Source of the DNA: Phoronis australis
Lineage: Eukaryota > Animalia > Phoronida
Length of the DNA: 64,000 nucleotides
Direction of reading: 5' to 3'
NCBI GenBank assembly: GCA_002633005.1
Contig: NMRA01000447.1
Span: 91,772 to 155,771, forward strand
Shown one piece after another: positions 12,901-27,900 of the stretch. How positions within the stretch are numbered: position 1 is the stretch's first letter; each line of letters starts with the position of its first letter. The notes beneath the pieces are model-generated. The model made no database searches and had not been told where the DNA came from. It saw only the letters and a program-made list of their open reading frames with translations. Position numbers and translations under genes: made by a program.

Positions 12901-15900
12901 GGCACCATTTACAAGGACCAAGTGGGAGTAGTTACTGTTGCCAGGGAACCATGTTATATCAGCTGATGTGGACGTGATGTTCGACGCTTTCAGTTGAGTG
13001 GGAGCTAAAGGCGACACTACAGACAGACAAAGAGATCATTAGATTATAAAACCACGGAAATAAGCAAATCATGTGTATCTTGTCTTTGAAGACTCAGCAG
13101 ATGGCAAACATTCACTGAGATTACGTTAACAGCAAAAATAGAATCGATGACCCTCTTTAGTAGTTGAACAGCGTTACAATGCGTCTGGTTATCACATAAG
13201 TAAGATTAATAAAGCTTCACACATGCCATGTGTTGGCCACATTATGTGACCAGTAGTAAAGTTTTTAAAGATCTTTGCATGAGTAGCAGAAAGTCCCGGT
13301 TCATACCCCTGTCAGGACAGAGATCTTTACACATTTGACTACAGATGACGTGATGTGACCAACATTTGGTGTGTATCAAGATTAATAAATCTTACCTATA
13401 CGATATCATCACACTAATTTATAACAACACAATAATTATATGATTGTCTGTTTGCTAATGATCATTGGAATCTAATGTTGCTTTCTACAAGGGCCTGTAC
13501 TGCCCACTAACTCATTCGGTTGCTACATCTTTTTCCTAAATTCAACACCCTAAAAGTAATGAGCCACGTTTTGAGCTTGCGTGACAATTTGAACAACTGA
13601 TATCTGTTCAATTAAACAGTGAACTTTGGTGGCGACAATAAAATTTCCAGACACACCCTGGGAAGATTTGGTGTAATAATGCGCTTCGTCTATAGTTTTC
13701 CGCTCAACTTATAAAACAGCATCAGTCTCACTTTAGGCCATCAATGTCAGCACCAGCCAAAGCCAGACTATACCTTTGCCAATAGTGATAGTACACTCTT
13801 GATCATGTGACTCCAAACCCTCCACTGTCACAGTCCTCACACAGATTCTGTGAGCCTGCTTGGCCTTTACACCTTCCACAAGAGCAGCTGTTCGCTCATT
13901 AGCCGAGATGGATGTTTTCAACTGGTTGTCCACATATATGTGATAGGCGGTCACACTGGAGAGGTCGACCCCACTAGGAGGGGTCCACCTGATCAAGACA
14001 CTGTTGGACAGCTGACGTTCAAGGGTTAGCTTCTTGGGCGATGGCACTATAACTGTAAGTAAGATACAATGCATTGTGGGCTAAAGGTAAATACTTTCAC
14101 TATCAAGATTCAAAAGTTTTTAAAAACTTTACGAACCCAAGAATCCGTTATGTGTATGAAATTACGACTAAGCATTTATGGAACCAAATATGATTTTTTC
14201 CCTAAAAATCATTTTCCAAGAAACTCTCATGTGAAAATGTTCACATTTATTGACATAAGACCAAAAAATTCTGTTTCTGTATTCTACTAACTATAAAAGA
14301 ATATACACGATTTCCAGCCAAGGTCTTTATCTAGAACACCAAGCCTGGCCATCAAAAGAAGATTTGTTTTCTGGAAATACTGAAATCTTTTTAAAGTCAC
14401 GTCGAAATGGCGTGATTGTTGTTACATGTAGTAACCATTTGTATATGAGTTGGGGGCTTTTGTGCCATTGAAATACATTCTCCATTTTCATTGCCTGGCT
14501 TTGAAAGTAAATCAAGGACAGCACAAGGAAATATTGAAATAAAATTCATTGTCAAAATAGAGAAAGTGAAGTACATCTCTACGCAGAATTTGGATTTTTG
14601 TAAAAAACCTGTAGCAACAAAGGCACCAGTCTATGTATCGTTGATAAGCATAAAAGACATTCCAGTCACCTGGAACAAAAGTTATAATCTGGACATCAAT
14701 AATGAAGTTGTAATACGACAGTCATATTGCTTTAATTTGACCAATAATGCGACCCCAGCAAGATGAACACTTCAACACACCTGTGTTATGTAAATGTTTC
14801 TACACTCACCTTGTTCCACGTCAGGCTCTTCAGTGATACTGATGAAACTGTCTCTGTTGTGTTTTATTGGAGACTCGTCTGCAGCAAGAAAAAGTATCAA
14901 GAACACCACAGCTCCATCTTTTGTTCATTTATCCAAACACATTACTTAACATCAATTGAATTTTCCCCATATTTAACAATTTATCTCACATTTACTAATA
15001 AACACAAACATCTATGATTGTAAGTGTACTTCACATTTTATACTAAATTGTGACAATCTAGCTTTTTAGATAAACCATTTAGGTGAAACAGAAACAATTT
15101 AACATCTGTATATTACTATAAACAACATCCAACAATTCGAGGGACTTAACACACCATCATCTTCGGTGAAAACCTGACAAACACAGGCAGAATGAGAGCA
15201 AATCAGAAAGTAGCCATAATACAACATGCATCTGCAGAAAGAAACATATGAACAGAATACACAGAGCTGGACGCTACTGGTGCCATAGGTCCAGTACAAC
15301 GCACCCCACCTTTTAACTGTTCAGTACATGTCTGATGGAGCTATTCAATTAGTCAATCAAACCGCTATGGATACTAAGGCATAACTTTCATAGCTTAATT
15401 CAATATAAATAGGTAAATAAAACAACAAGAATGGATCAAATGAAATTTTCGGATGTAATAACGTCCTTTGTCAACAGAAACAGAAATCAAACACTGTATT
15501 TCTGTTTCTGTTGACAAAGGACGTTATTACATCCAAACATTTCAGTTGATCCATTCTTGTTGTTTTATTTACCTATTTATATTCTTCATTTCATGAAACA
15601 ATAGTATCCTTGGGAGGATCTGGATCGCCTTATTTAGTTTCATATTTATTTTCTACGTTAATTCAAATGCTGAAACGTAATATCAATTGATGAAAGTTGA
15701 GTAGCGCCGAAGGTGAAGAAAACAATCGACAGTTGCTTCCATCTTGCCTTCTTCACAAGACCACAAGTGCACAGCACAAACCACCCATACATTATTCATT
15801 CTGTGGTTGATTGAAACAGACTTATATTTTGATCAACTGCTTTTCACTATGATAATAGAATTAATTTTACAGAATATTATTTTTAGCAATTCAGACAATA

Positions 15901-18900
15901 AGGGCATATATATGTGGATCCATGGAATTTTAATGATCTTCATTTCATTTTCATCTATACCCAATACGTGAGAAGTACAACTGAAACTTACAAGGCAGAT
16001 CTGTCAACTCTGACTCATCAGAGCTATTGAACTCAAGATCATTGAGTAAACTCGTGTTCTGACTGTCATCTGATGGCAAACCTCCTAGCGCCATCAGAGC
16101 CTGGAAACTGTCATCTTCGTCCACTTTCTCAATGAAGGTCGATGGTACAACACCTCGCTGACCGTTGATTAGCTCAGCCTCATAAAAACCATCCTGCGGA
16201 CAACAGAACAGTCCAATTATGCCGACTTGCCATTTTTAGATCAAACCTTCCCTTAGTACAATGTTGTCTGCCTCATGCCAGACACTAATTTTTCAAAAAC
16301 ATTATTTCAGAAAATCAAAAATTGTATTATTTTCTGTATGACACATTCTTTCATACCATTATTTTCTGTATGACACATTCTTTCATACCATTATTTTCTG
16401 TATGACACATTCTTTCATACCATTATTTTCTGTATGACACATTTTTTCATACCATTATTTTCTGTATGACACATTCTTTCATACCATTGAAAGTAGCTGA
16501 ATTGGCCTCATCAAACCACATCCACTTCAGCTTACACTCTTTAAACTAAAGCCTGAGAGACTAGTGGCCCCCTTTACCTCTCTAAGCCTTATGTCAAGAC
16601 CTCACTAGTGGATTAGAAAAAGCATGATGACCACCACCGAAAAAATATTCATATTGACCATGGTGAGCAATACAGTGAACGTTACACTACAATTAAATTA
16701 ATTGGAACAGAATACACTTTCCCCTTCACGACAAGAATGAGTGGTAAAAACAATCAGTTCAGAACATTTTAATTGCAGAAAGACTTCGCCACAGTACTAT
16801 CTTTAACGTTCATTCTCGGACAAGGGGTAAGACTACTGACAATGACTTTGGCTTCAGCCCAACTGTCACGGCAGGGAATTCAAGGTCATTTTGCCTGAAT
16901 ATATTAGGCTGGTTCTGTCCATTTAATACAGTCAAAGGGAGAGCTGTGTTATAGAGACAGTGGATTGAGTTTGCAGGGCCCCGAGATATGTGTTCACAAG
17001 AGAGGAACTATGTTCATGAGTGTGACAACCATGTTGTTCCCTTCCATAATAAAATGAAGCATCACATATCGCAATTCGTAAGAAATCATATAACTTATCT
17101 CTGTTTACCATAAGCACATGCATTTAAAAATGGCTGCACTTGATTGACTGTGCCGGTTTCGCCAAGACAAGGTGTTAAAACACAATTGGTTCTTGACAAT
17201 GACTAGTGACTTACACATCAATCTGATGTCTCAGCCGGTTGATTTGGCAAAATCAACAAAGTCAATCAAGTGGAGCCAATGACAGATATCAATCTACACA
17301 CCTCATCCATATCGCCCAACACATAGACATAGTCGCCGGCCATCAGAGGGAGCTCTGCCTCAGGGTTATCATTGGGAGAGTACTGTAGTGGGTCATAGTT
17401 GTACCTGGCTTTGTACACCTGTACACCTGACATGTTGAGCAGTCTACTCGCAGACATATCCCTAGTCAACGGCTTAGTTGACTTCTTAGTCCCATTTGAA
17501 TGGCTTGCGTCAGTTTCTAAAAGAAACGTTCAACAGTTAAAACCATATCTAAAGTGCACAGTATGTCGAAGGAAATCTGAAGAAAATTCCTTATAAAGCA
17601 ACGCCATATTGGAAAACCATTATCTTGGTTCCTGTTTTGGGGTGGAAACCATTGTTTTGATTTTTTAATACGGTGACTTGATTTCCTAATTACACACAGT
17701 GACACCATGGACAGAATATAAAGACTTTGACGTGACCTAATTAGCGATTGTTAGGAATTTAAAGGAAAATTTCACTGAAATCATACTCCAAAATGAAAGT
17801 AAACAGTTCAAAATTTTCCTTTACGAAATCAAAGAATTTAGCTTTACCTAGATAAACCAGTCAATCCAGAATGATGTGAAAGTACAAAACAGTGCAGCTC
17901 TGAGTCAACAACAGCAGGTTAAGTGAACATAAGTTTAAATGGATTAGAACAGTTTATCATGAGCCAGGCTCCAAAATCAATAATACGGCGGCTGGGATTA
18001 ATATTGTCATAAAAAAAGCATTAGCAGTATACCACCAGTCAACCATAACTACAACTAATACCTTCAATCAGTGGCCCTCCAACAGGTGTGGACTGTACTG
18101 CCGTTAACTCACTGCCAGCAGCGCCCTCTACCAACTCTGTCTGTACACCCACAGATAGCAGATGAGCAAGTCTTTCCACATCAACAGGTGAGGCTGCAGG
18201 TGAAGTCTGCAGCCCCGTTTCTGTAGTATCCCTATACACACCTGCCTGCACACCAAGAGAAACCAATTGACTCTCCACTTCATCAACAGGCGAACATGGT
18301 GCTGACATCTGTTGGCCATAATCCACACATTCACTAACCTCAGTCTGTAAACAAATATTCACCAAGTTATCCAGTCTCAGCCTCTCCTCAGCCTCTTTAG
18401 CTGCGCTTGCCTTCACTACCTCATCCCTTTCCTCCTCAACTCTCTCCTTTTCCTCCATAGCCAGTTCCATCTCTCTAATCACTCTCTCTTTCTCCTGTTC
18501 TAGAGTCACACGGGCCTGAGCTATGCTCAAGTTTTCCCGTTGTAATGTACTACACTGATCCCCAAGCCGGCTCAGTTCTAGTCTATTTGTCTCTAGAAGG
18601 TCGTCCTGTTCATGTGCACTCTTCTTCATCTCCAACACTTGGACCTGCACATACATGAACACAGAGTGAACATTAAGCTTGTTCGTGAAACAACGAAGAC
18701 TATGCCATAGGCAACGCAACAGGTTTTCAACAAATAATAGACTAGTCAGCCTCAGTGACAGACCATCAATACCATCAACCAACAACACAAGCAAAATATG
18801 AATACATGAACAGGATGGATCTTACAATGCAATTTTCCACATTACGTTCATTAAGACACACGTTAATTGGAAAACCCGCNCAAGTTATCCAGTCTCAGCC

Positions 18901-21900
18901 TCTCCTCAGCCTCTTTAGCTGCGCTTGCCTTCACAACCTCATCCCTTTCCTCCTCAACTCTCTCCTTCTCCTCCATAGCCAGTTCCATCTCTCTAATCAC
19001 TCTCTCTTTCTCCTGTTCTAGAGTGACACGGGCCTGAGCTAAGCTCAAGTTTTCCCGTTGTAATGTACTACACTGATCCCCAAGCCGGCTCAGTTCTAGC
19101 CTATTTGTCTCTAGAAGGTCGTCCTGTTCATGTGCACTCTTCTTCATCTCCAACACTTGGACCTGCACATACACGAACACAGAGTGAACATTAAGCTTGT
19201 TCGTGAAACAACGAAGACTATGCCATAGGCAACGCAACAGGTTTTCAACAAATAATAGACTAGTCAGCCTCAGTGACAGACCATCAATACCATCAACCAA
19301 CAACACAAGCAAAATATGAATACATGAACAGGATGGATCTTACAATGCAATTTTCCACATTACGTTCATTAAGACACACGTTAATTGGAAAACCCGCATA
19401 AGGTCTAGTGATAAACTTCCAGCCGTGCAATACGACATCAACAGAACTGGGTCATATCTCTTGCCAAAAGGCTCTGATCCTACGTTTTACTCTCAGTAAT
19501 AAGACTAGAACAAACGAGATTCACACACAGGATTTTTTACAAAGCATAAGAGCAAAGAATCATGTAAAGTCTACTTTGGTTCCTGCAGACACACTCTTAA
19601 AAGAGTAATTGTGAACACCGGACGATGGCACTTACATTGAACCTAAGAATTCTATAATAACTTTCCATATGTGCTGGTACATTTATTTAACCCTCAACTA
19701 TTGGTAAATTAAGCATGGATCATTAATACAGGCTCGCTTAACTGTGAGGAAAATTGATTGTAACATGAAATGCATGACAGAGTGCTGAGCATTTGATATC
19801 CTCATAGATTACCGGTAGTAAAATTGTGTAGCCTGCCTTATACAAGACTGACACAATTGTAGCCTGCCTTAAACAAGACTGACACTATTCTAATATGACC
19901 AGTGATGTAGATAGGGTGGAGGCAGCATTATCTTTTGCTGGTGCAATGAATGTGACCTTGATTTCCTTGATTTTGAAAAACAAACATTAACAGCAGCAAA
20001 AATGTACCAAACTCGCCTGGATTACCACCCAGGCCAGTGTGCTTCAATCGGGCAAGTAAAAAATCACGGGGCGAGTGCTTAAAAAAATTCAAAAGTCATG
20101 GGTAGCCGTACTTCAAATATTGTTACAATAAAATAGCTTTTATTGTTGAACCTTTGGGGGAGTTTAATGTAACCTTAATGAACCTAGCTGCTATAGACTT
20201 GTAAGTTAACATGATTTAAACCATGTGTATAGAGTAATACCTGTCATTATTTTGTGAAAATTTAGTCACAGTTGCAATGGATTCTAGTCGAAAATGCATG
20301 GATATTTAATTGTGGTTTTGTGTGCAGTTAATTTTGAAAACCATTTTACGTTATGGGTTAAAAATGGACATTTAAAAAGCTATTTGACGAACCACGAATG
20401 AACTTCAGGAAGGCCGACAATTACGGTAACTCAGCAAGTTAATGAGGTTTGGTTAAACTGCAGGATCCGATAAAACCAGTCACATGATGCTGACCTAGGA
20501 TTAATCATCGGCTGGCACAACACCGAGTTACAAAAACAAAAGAGCGAATACAATGAATACAGTGAAACAGTCAACGTCAACTTATTAAGTTTCACAAAAG
20601 ATATTTTATAAGTCAATTTAAAGCTGTCCGCAATAGCTACAGACTTGAGTGTAAACTTAAAGATCAATTTGGTTAGTGGTCAGCTGAGAAAATGGAGTCA
20701 ATGAATTAAAAATATGTTCAAGTTGAGGAATATTCAATTTCCCCATGTTTTTTTCTGTCATATAAAATTTGGTAACAGTGGAGTAAATCTTTTTCAATCA
20801 ATAGATCACCATTGATCAACTATTGACCCATACTCTTAAAGGAAAAATACACTTCTTTTTATAATTTCTCATTTTCCAGATAGAGAAATATTAAACTTAT
20901 TTTCCGCTTCTTTGAACAAATGTTCTTGCATCTCATATCTCAGTTCATCACTTAGATTATTGATAACTCTAATTACCGGTACATCTTTTTTCTTAATATT
21001 TATTTTCTCATAAACATTTAAGGAAATATATTCACAATTATCAATGCTATCCTCCAAATGGACAAATTTACCATCATGGTCTTGTAAATAGTTAAATTTT
21101 AATTCTCATCACAAAGGATTGCCACTCTTCTGCTACGTATGTTCTGACACATGAGCAAAAAATGTCCTTATGTCACTACTGGTGCTGTCTGTCAATTGCA
21201 ACCCATACATGCCCACCCCACTACTGGCACCGTCTCTCCATTGCAACACATATATCCCCATCCCACTGCTGGCGCCACCTGTCCATTGCAACACATATAT
21301 CCCCATCCTACAACTGGCGCCACCTGTCCATTGCATCACATATATCCCCATCCCACTGCTGGCGCCACCTGTCCATTGCAACACATATCTCCCCATCCCA
21401 CAGCTGGCGCCACCTGTCCATTGCAACACATATCTCCCCATCCCACAGCTGACGCCACCTGTCCATTGCAACAAATATCTCCCCATCCCACAGCTGGCGC
21501 CACCTGTCCATTGCAACACATATCTCCCCATAACACAGCTGGCGCCACCTGTCCATTGCAAAACATATATCCCCATCCCACAGCTGGCGCCACCTGTCCA
21601 TTGCAACAAATATATCCCCAGCCCAATGTTGGCGTCATGTGTTGATGGATGCTTGGCAGCTGTATGTTACTACACTTTTTGTTTTTTAATTAAATAAATG
21701 TAATCTTCTCACTATGTAATTCAAACCCCTACAATTTAAATTAAGACAATTAGCTTTAATCATGACCATCCTTTAGGAACACCTCATCCCACCAATTAAC
21801 TATCAATATAAAAAGCAAGCTAATTGGCCCATGGAGTTAACAAAATCACTTAATTCACTTGTAAAAAAAATCAGTCTGTATCCAGTTTTTGGCCTCTTCC

Positions 21901-24900
21901 TCCAAATACGAAAATCCTCTCATTTAACTTCACTTAGGCTCTTTATTCCGGTCCTTTAATGTCAAAAACTCTGATTTAACAAAAAATTCCTCCTTCATAA
22001 CAGCATTTTAAACAGATTTCACATTTTATATTCTTCCAGTCATTTTAACCTTACTTACAGCTGCCTGGGGCCAGTTGTTACAGTGAGTGGAGTACTCATC
22101 TATTGGCACAAGGCTTTGAAGCCTTTCAATTGAAGATGATGAATTTGATGTTATACTGGTACTATCGGAGCAGGCTGGCGGTGTCGAACAGTCGATGTAG
22201 CTATGTATATGACAATTCTGTACTTGCGTAAATTTATTTTTCCAATTAACTTACAAATTGGCCCACATCAGTCCAGAACACAAACTCAACTTTCTGACCA
22301 GCCCCTCGTCACTATGCACAGCCCTTAAGAGTGTAATTACATAAAGTCTGGAGAGCTCACATTCACAAAAAGACCTGCCCCTGTAAAAGCGCCTCCTTGT
22401 GTTGATTATAATACTGCCCACAGTATGGCTGGAAAGTGATTACGTCATACCCCAAGCAACTCCTCGACATTGGAGACAAACAATATGGTGGTTGCCAATT
22501 CCCTGGCACTAACATAATCAAAGCAGCAAAATTCAACAAAACTTAATTTTTTAAAAACTGAAGGTCATGCAACAGTATCTATGAACCACACTAGTTCATA
22601 TAACAACAATAACTACAAGTGCTAAAACTGTGTTTAACTGGCAATGATTATAACCAAGTAGAATCTCCTATACTAACCCAGTGAGGTGATGTCACCTTCG
22701 AAGTGCTGTTTGCCTGTTATATTAACAACAGCTGCAGGGAGCTGACCATAGGTTACACATACACTTGCACCTCTTATAACATGGACCAGGCCTTACTCTC
22801 ACCAAGCAGCTTACACAATGCGTTACACAAATGTACAATACAGTCAGTTTTACTAACTAAAGGTACTGTAGTCTGTATCCCACACTGTCATGCACACCAG
22901 CGTCTTATCGTAAGCAAGTTCATGCCTCTACTGACTCATTACGGATCAATTACTGAAATATTTACACACTCAGGGTTGACACCCAAAACACAGAAAACTG
23001 GAGCATCGTTTCAGATACAGAATGAACTCAGAAATGGCCTTACAAAGTAAATTAAGGTCAACATGCGTTACGAAACAATAGCTCTGAAAATTATTTTAAT
23101 TCATCACTGCAGCATCTGAAACGCACAATATACTACAACGTGAGGATGACCTCATCAGCAAACACAACAATCAGGCACATTCAGTGAAAGCGACTATGTA
23201 ATGCCATCTCGTTAGCGACAGATTGAGGACATTCAAACGCAACACAGTAAGCATCTAGGAGAATCTGAAACACGGTCAAATTATCAAGAATTACTAATTT
23301 GGCGTAATAACGCTGGATTAGCACAAAAATGTTGAAATATCTCTGGCTAAAGTTTGTTAACAGTGCTATTCTAGTGCGACAAATGTGCCATTATATTGTG
23401 ACAATATTCTGGTATGAAGTGCATCAACATATGGCTGACTTTGATAAGTACAGTTCTGTCTAAGTCTGTCCAATCTATTTTGAAAACTAACTGTACTCCA
23501 TAAGGTAGAGCAAATCAATTGCAGGATGCAATTGCTCATAGCTCTGAGTCTGATGAAAGCACACATTGTTTTTACAACACATTATCTACTGTATAATTGC
23601 TCTTTCATTTAACAGAAACTAATACATTTTTAAAAATCTAGACCTACATTAATCCAACAGAAAGTCAGACACTGCTCACATTAAGTGAGGCGTGCAACAG
23701 ACCAAGCAAGTAAACACAGCCAAGCAGGAATACTTTGAAAAGAAAATTAGAGACAGAAATTTGAACATAACCAGTGCTATGGAAACGGTAAAATAACTGT
23801 GAATCCATAGCTTGTAAACTAAAAGAAGTTAAAATATACAATTTAGCAAATAACTTAGCGGGTGTTATACTGAGGGAAAGCCCTTAGTAAGGGAATGGAC
23901 ATACAATACATTCATTTGCTGCAAGGTGTCCCTTGACTGATTGAATGAATGTATCAAAGAACAGAACGAATGAATGAACAAACCAATACAGTAGGTTACA
24001 GCAAAAAAGGCATTAAGTGCTAAAAAATTTCAAGATCAAAAATGAAATTCTTCATGGTGACGGCAGAACCCAAAAAGAAATACTACTGAAACGGGAAAGT
24101 GACATAAATGTTTACGATGAACCTGTTTTAAGAAATCTTGATTACGCTTCTCAGTAATTATTAAAGACACAAAATTTTCTACCATTTTCAATTAAGTATA
24201 CGCCATATTTCTCGAACAGAAACCGTAAAGAGACCAGTCACATTCAGCATATGCAGTACAAGACAAAAGTAATCAAACAATACACCACTTACCCCATCAT
24301 AGTGGCTAATTCTATTAACAGTAAAAACACTGGTAACAACTATTATGGGGGCAAAATGCTAATAGCTTTAAATGGCTTTGACACATTACTAAATTAATTC
24401 TTGTTAATTTCCCTTCATTTTCTATCATAAGGTAAAACTATTCTCACGACAAATTCGGCTTCTGCACTGCTGTCATGATGGGGGGAATTCTGGGTCATTT
24501 TGTCTGAATATTTATAGCTTGTACTGTACAACTTTAACATGTCAGCAGTAAGACTTGAGTAACCAATTCCAATTTTAATTTAAGAAAAACAAAAAAACCA
24601 AGACATTGAAATTCTGGTGTAGCTACTGATGAGTGTGACTTTGGTTAGAAACATCTAATTCCACGAAAGTGTGAGTGCATAGATTCCACTCATTTACCGT
24701 CATGTAAAATCAAGTTCTCTATAAAAGGTAGCCATAATCAATTAATTGAAGACAAGTCCAAAAATGGTAAGTAGACAAATCAGGAATCCCTAAAATATTT
24801 GTTGTGTAGAATGCAATGTTACTTACGTTGCTCAGCAACCAGGGCAAATCACATTTTGAAGTGTCGAACAAGACAGATGGTGGAGTACAGCAGAATTTCA

Positions 24901-27900
24901 CACTGCTTTGTTGGTACAGTATTGTTTAAAATAAACTAAGCTGCCAAATAATTCTGACCAATAGTTCATCATAGTTTCATGTCTGTCCAGTTTATTTTGA
25001 ATACTACAGCACAATGTACATACCTGTAACTGTTCAACCTCCTCCAGGTGGCGCTTTTCATCAGCCTCTTTTTGACTTCGCAGCTGACTTGCAGTTGCCT
25101 CCCCCTCCTTCACAGACTTCAAGGCACGCTTTAGTTCTTCATCGACATTTTTGTACTTGTCAGCAGTTATCGCTAATTCCTATGGGCACAACAGTGTTTA
25201 TGTACCACATGGTTCCATACTTTGAAACAGAACTTGCAAAAATTTAAATGTGTGCCTGTCAATCTCTCTTGTAGTTTTCAAAAAATAAGTAGACAAAACT
25301 TTATCTCGTTAAAGATGGCAAAATTTTGGATGGAAATTGATACACCGTTATTTTCTCTGATTAGTTCCTTTTTGAGTTTCCCTCACATATTACATGAACC
25401 TCGACAAACTAGGTCAACTTTTTTAAACTACTGCAAGCAAACAACAAAAAGTCGAGCTACACGCCTCACGAAAAAAGGTTTAAGAACAGCTTCTGCATTA
25501 AATATGCAAGACTTTTATTTACAGAATTTGTCACAAACTAAATTAAAGTTTTAGAACCCAAAGGACAACTCAGAATGATACAAGTTAAGGGTATGTAGGA
25601 CCCTAGAAAAAAGTTCAAATTTGGCTAAAATCACTTCACATCACATCACATCACATCCCAAAAAAGGCCTGTTTGAAACTCAGTTAGTATGCTTTTGTTC
25701 TCCAAAACGCTGTTAGAGATTGTTTTCAAAATGTTTTATTTTTGCACGAGATGTCACAAAATTGAACTTTTATGATTTTCAGGAAAAAAACTCAAAAACA
25801 CCAAAATACAAAAACGAAACGATACTTTAGAAGACTGAGTTTTTATCTTGAACAGTTATATGAAATGGAATTTGGTCATAATAAAATGCACTTCTAACAT
25901 TCTGCAATGCAATACCAATGCCATTTCCGAATTTGCAATTTTATGGTAGGCCAACGCCAATAAACTCTGCATCATTTTCTTGAATCATGGGCAGTTTTGA
26001 TGTTTTCGTTGATTAACAAAATTAGAATCTTAATACACTATTATGAGAGTAAAATGCCCATAATTTGATTTTCGTTTTTAGCCAGATGTATAAAGTTTTA
26101 AGGATACCATGTTTTGACACCACTCTGCCTTTCCATGGTTACAGGACTCAATTGATGGCAGATTGGTGAAAAGCCAAATTTACAGGGCTTGGAATGACAA
26201 ATGGCGAAAAACGCGGAAATTTTTACGGCCCGAACGAAACATGCGCGCAGCCAGCCTTGAAAAGGTCGGTGTGGACGTTTTGGAGACGAAAATCGAGACT
26301 AAAAAACACAAAAAACGGTACCACCTCCGGAAGCATGTGTCTGCGACTGTCTTAGCTTGTTTTGGCTGCAGAGTCGTAGTATTTGTCACCGCGGTTTGCA
26401 ATCATACGAGCCGCCATTGAGGAAATCCACCACGCTATCCCAGACGCCCCGGCAATGTTGACAATTTACGTTCCTCCGAAACATAAAGAGCAACTTCCGC
26501 TTTTCGAGGTGAAAGTCGTCGGCAACGCGGCAGTAAGAAAGAAATTTGCCGCGGAAATTCTATATCAAATCCGATTTTTTTTTACGCGGAAATATAATAA
26601 AATACACGGACAGAACATTTGAAAAAAGCGGAAATCTGCGTTTCCGCGGAAAATTCCAAGCCCTGAATTTAGAATTTCACATGAAAATATATCTACTGAC
26701 CGACTGAGTTAAATTTTTAAGTTTTGTAAACCCTTTGCTAAATCCACATACTGGTTGATAATGTCCTACACAACATTAAACTAATGAGATGACTATCCCA
26801 AATCACAAAGACTTACAGCATTGAGAGACTGCAAGCTGGACAACTCATCTTGCAATTCTGTGGTCCTATTTGTGGCGGTGTCGCGCTCTTCCTCCATCTG
26901 TGATAAATTAGTCCGCAAACTATGGCACTCTTGAGCAACCTGAATAAGTCAATCATTAAAACAACATTAAACAATGCGTTCACTCTAAAACCGAGGAAAA
27001 CAATCAAATGGTTAGCTTCACTTGAACTTGATTGCACACATTCATTCTGCTGTGAATGGGCTAACATGAATGTTTTGGCATGAATAACTAACACAGTTGT
27101 AAAATATTATCATCCAATTCAAAGTAGGTTTGAATATATACAAGAATTTTAAGCATGATCATCAACACATAAACAGCAACTTGGTTTATGTACAGTACAG
27201 GCACTGAATTATTAGACTCTCTCTGGTGTCTCTCCGGTCTAGCCACCCGGAGGCAGACCGGAGAGTGAGGCGTGAATCCACTGTGACAGCTGGCGTGAGC
27301 CTAAGCGTGACTGTACCTGGAGCTTACCGTGAGTTAGGCATGAGTTTACCTTCATCGCAGATGATAAAGTAATTTATTCAGTAACTAGCAGTGATGTGTG
27401 TATTCTCATAGACTTTTGCTCATGTGAGGTTTAATTTTTTTGAAATCGTCACGTGCAGTAAAAGACAAAAATTTCCGTCTAAAATCTTAAGTCACTTCAG
27501 AAAACAGACCTGTGGACTTTACTATTCACTTATATATAATTATTTATTTTTTATATAAACTAATAAAGAATTTTAACGCGCGTGTACATGGCGGAATTAT
27601 TCAATTGCCTTCACGATATGAAGGAGCATAACATGTCAATTCTGAGCACATTGATCCCAAGTTCTGGCATCATGCGGAGAAAACTGATCACGCCCATGCA
27701 TTTGACGAGTCAAACAGATGACCGCTATTATTATTTTAGTGAAGAAGTACCCCGGGGATACTGTGAACTCAGTCGAAACGCATGTACTACGGGGAGGGGG
27801 CTACAAATAATTGAACTGCACTACGGATTCAGGACTTTTAAGTCAAAACATTTGCCTGCAGTAAGGGATGGGTATGTCAGAAGGGCGGCCTATTGAAATT

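Noticed and set aside
21133-21697. Six overlapping repetitive ORFs
   Set aside because: These are a by-product of a stop-free 45-bp minisatellite; there are no splice signals linking them to RIM-BP.
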